From Amphiscolops sp. MND2022 (Eukaryota), in assembly GCA_964187785.1 (NCBI GenBank), contig OZ076409.1, forward strand, positions 22,570,001-22,634,000: a DNA stretch of 64,000 bases, in the 5' to 3' direction. The position numbers were made by a program, and so were the translations under genes. The notes under the pieces are model-generated. The model saw only the letters and a program-made list of their open reading frames with translations. It was not told where the DNA came from and made no database searches. Shown here piece after piece: positions 61,263-64,000 of the stretch (position 1 is the stretch's first letter; every line of letters begins with the position of its first letter).

Positions 61263-61566
61263 TATGTATTTTTCTCGTTGTTACCTGGAGGTGTTTTTGC
61301 ACAATCGTCTTTACAACTGCAGACTGAAGAGTTTTTCCACCTCCGGTTTTGCTTTTATTGGGCCAAAAGAGTTAGTAATCGCAACCATGTAATGTAATAA
61401 TTTCTCAGATTGATCTGAGATTACGCTTTTTTTTATAAACAAAATTTACATCCAACGCTTCAAAGAACGACGAGATTTCCTACTACGCTTTGATTTTGCT
61501 GACCTCGGCTGTATGTTTCTGGTAACTCGTGTAACTGTAATCCTTGCTGTGTTCTTGAACCTTTAG

Positions 61567-61981
61567 GCAGCGCTAGTTGTCATCACCACTGCTTGAACAA
61601 AACCAGTATTGATTTATTCGATCGAGCTATCTTGTCAAGCGGAGCAGTCAACCCGATTTGGGGATACGCGACCGAAAAAGACCAAAAAAGGAGAATCGCC
61701 TTTATCCTTAAACGGCTTGGCTGTCCAGAAACTGACAACCAAGAAGATATTGTCGAGTTCCTTTTGTCTTTGGATTCGTCGAAGTTCGAAAACTTGGGCT
61801 TGGCTACGGAAGAGATCATGAAGGTGATACCATTGCCAATGACGTCATTCATGGAAGCCCCTAACTCGGTGGTACCCTTGAAGAAAAAACCGATTCTGAT
61901 TGGTTTAACGAGAGAGGAGGGACTTTTATTCGTTCAACTTCTCTATCCGTCTAAATCGAATGACAGCACAGCGCTGACAAA
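61567..61981 (+). CDS. Host carboxylesterase-family gene, next exon (3' end approximate)
   Basis: TTTAG|GC acceptor restores GNSAG-SASCHHHCLNKTSIDLFDRAILSSG; contains LGCP and the catalytic-Glu motif GLTREEG; probable donor GTTAGT at 61982. Confidence 0.85.
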
Positions 61982-64000
61982 GTTAGTACATTTCAAATTG
62001 ATTTTTGCTAATTACCTCATTCTATCACACGTTACAAAAACTGGAATTTCAATTTTTTTTGGATGAATCGAAATTAAAAGTCTATTCAAGAATTTCTGTA
62101 ATTTCGCAATTTTCGCAATTAACGTTATTTCAAATCATGACTGAGAAAGAGCATGCTGCTCATCAATTCCATGTCCTTGAGAACCCGAGCAAGTTAAAAC
62201 TATTGTCCTATATTATGAACCTAATTGCTCATATTATAATAGGAAATTATTGTCATATTCGTAATAAACACTTCAATTTTTAAAATTACAAAAAAATACT
62301 TCTCTGTTCTCCCATATTTATATCAGACTAATATTCGCAACAAATGATTTATTACCTTTCTGTGACATACGCTGTAATTTTACTGGAAGGGAATCAAAAT
62401 GTGATTACCGACTGAAGACCTGATGAAGAGAAATCTCAAGAAATTGCTTTTCACGCTCTTTGCTTTTGATGTTCCTTCTTTTTGACTAGCAAAATGAATA
62501 GAAACCAAAACATACGCAATAAGCCCTGTACAAATTTGTGCGCGTCTTGTAAAAACGAATATGAAACGCACTTTTGCTCAACCAGTATTCTGACGAACTT
62601 TTCACTGCATATGACGCAATTTAGCATAAAAGACAAGTGTCGAAAAAGTGGAATTCTTGGTTCGGATCATGGATGGGCATAATTCGCGGGTTTATATCGC
62701 AAAATTCGCAGAAAATTAGTCTGAATTGCGCGCTAATAGTCGGACACTATCAAAATTCGCCGAAAATACATCTTCGAGAATTATTGAAAACAATGTTTCA
62801 CGGAAGACAAGGTTCCGTTTTCCTTTAGTGTAAAATATATCATGAATTAAACTACAAAAACATCTTTTGCTACTTTCTGCTGTCAAATTTATTTTGTCAT
62901 TGGTGAGTATTTTGTTGTAAAAACAGAAAAGTCTTTCCCATGCAGCCGAATGAATGAATGAATATTTAATTCATATTTGTTACCCCGTAGGGTTTACAAA
63001 ACTCAAACGTTCAAATTTACAGCGAACGCAGTCCGTGACCAATTTACAATACATACTGAGGTGCCTTAATTTTACGGTGCTTGTCGAGTTCGTCAGTTGG
63101 TCAAGTTTCAGCAGACTGGAGTTTCGCTGATAGCACTTGCATAGGTATTTTGCACGTATTTTGCACGTAAGTAAAACGTGGTACTAATCAGAATTCACTT
63201 GATTTTTACAGAGTGGACAATGCGTCTCTTTTACCCCTGTAAATTTTCCCTGACCTCTGTTATAGTCAGAGCAGCACATCGATATCTACTCAACTCAATT
63301 TTGTCTTTTTTCTTTAGGGTAAAAACATCTGGCTCTAATCGATATTTGTATTTATATGCAGCATACACTCTGCAGAGTGAGTTATTTTTAATTGATGTGA
63401 TTCACTGTTGTATTAACACATCCTGCAGCTTGTTCTTGGTATAATCTTTAAAGATAGCTTCATTACCATTTCCGACAAAATGATAAGCGCCGGGAATTCC
63501 CTATTCAATCAGTATTGTTTGAACATAAGGCAATAATTTTTCTGTATGGGAAGTTTTTTGTAGGTACTTGTAACTTAGGGACGAGAGTTTGTTTTTGTCG
63601 TCGCTCAACCTTTTCCGAAAACCCAAAATTCAGAGCTAAATATGATAATTTTTTCTTTCAGTTCTGCCTAATTCTCAGAAAATCATCGACTTTGGAAAAC
63701 TGTTCCGAACGTTTAAAAGCGTTCGCAAAATTTCCGGAATTGCAAGTTCATGACCAGTTGTTTCAGCTCTCAATTTGAATAATAGTTTTCTTGCTTTGTC
63801 AACGCTGTGTTTCATTGTTAGTTGAAAGGTATTGTTGTTTTTGAAATATACCCCTAAATACCTAAAACTGTCAATTTTTCTATTGGGCTGTTTTTTATAA
63901 ACATCACTGACTCTTTACGAACTTTTCCCCTGGAGCAGATCATATATATTGCTTTGGAACAGTTTATTCGAATGTTAAAATTACTGCAATATTGATATTC

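Noticed and set aside
62000..64000. Further carboxylesterase exons, including the catalytic His
   Set aside because: Candidate splice sites exist but no exon with a recognisable motif could be supported.

Overview
This is eukaryotic (animal-like, intron-containing) DNA, about 80% of which is nested Ty3/Gypsy LTR retrotransposon sequence. I cannot name the organism from the sequence. The dominant feature is a family of 15-16 kb Gypsy elements seen three times: element B (45116-61262, +, young, TSD TATGT, 1792-bp LTRs), element A (9660-24886, -, decayed, TSD CCTAG) and the 3' end of a more distant relative, element E (1-~3782, +). Besides gag and pol, A and B each carry (i) an ANTISENSE multi-exon gene of about 1,280 aa with three intron positions conserved between them, encoding a BED-type zinc finger plus what looks like a catalytically dead hAT-transposase body; (ii) a sense accessory ORF whose last 29 codons lie inside the 3' LTR; and (iii) a gag that starts inside the LTR, so the U5 end and primer-binding site are protein-coding. 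E shows the same layout in the part that is visible. Element B sits in an intron of a host carboxylesterase/cholinesterase-family gene. Element A is inserted in the LTR of a non-autonomous LTR element (C). C is related to a neighbouring decayed Gypsy element (D, 30172-43703) that shows tandem protease-like domains and a TARG1/Poa1p-like macrodomain remnant. The remainder is MITE-like and dispersed repeats plus a 132-bp near-perfect hairpin. All family and domain assignments were made by eye from motifs, not from database searches.
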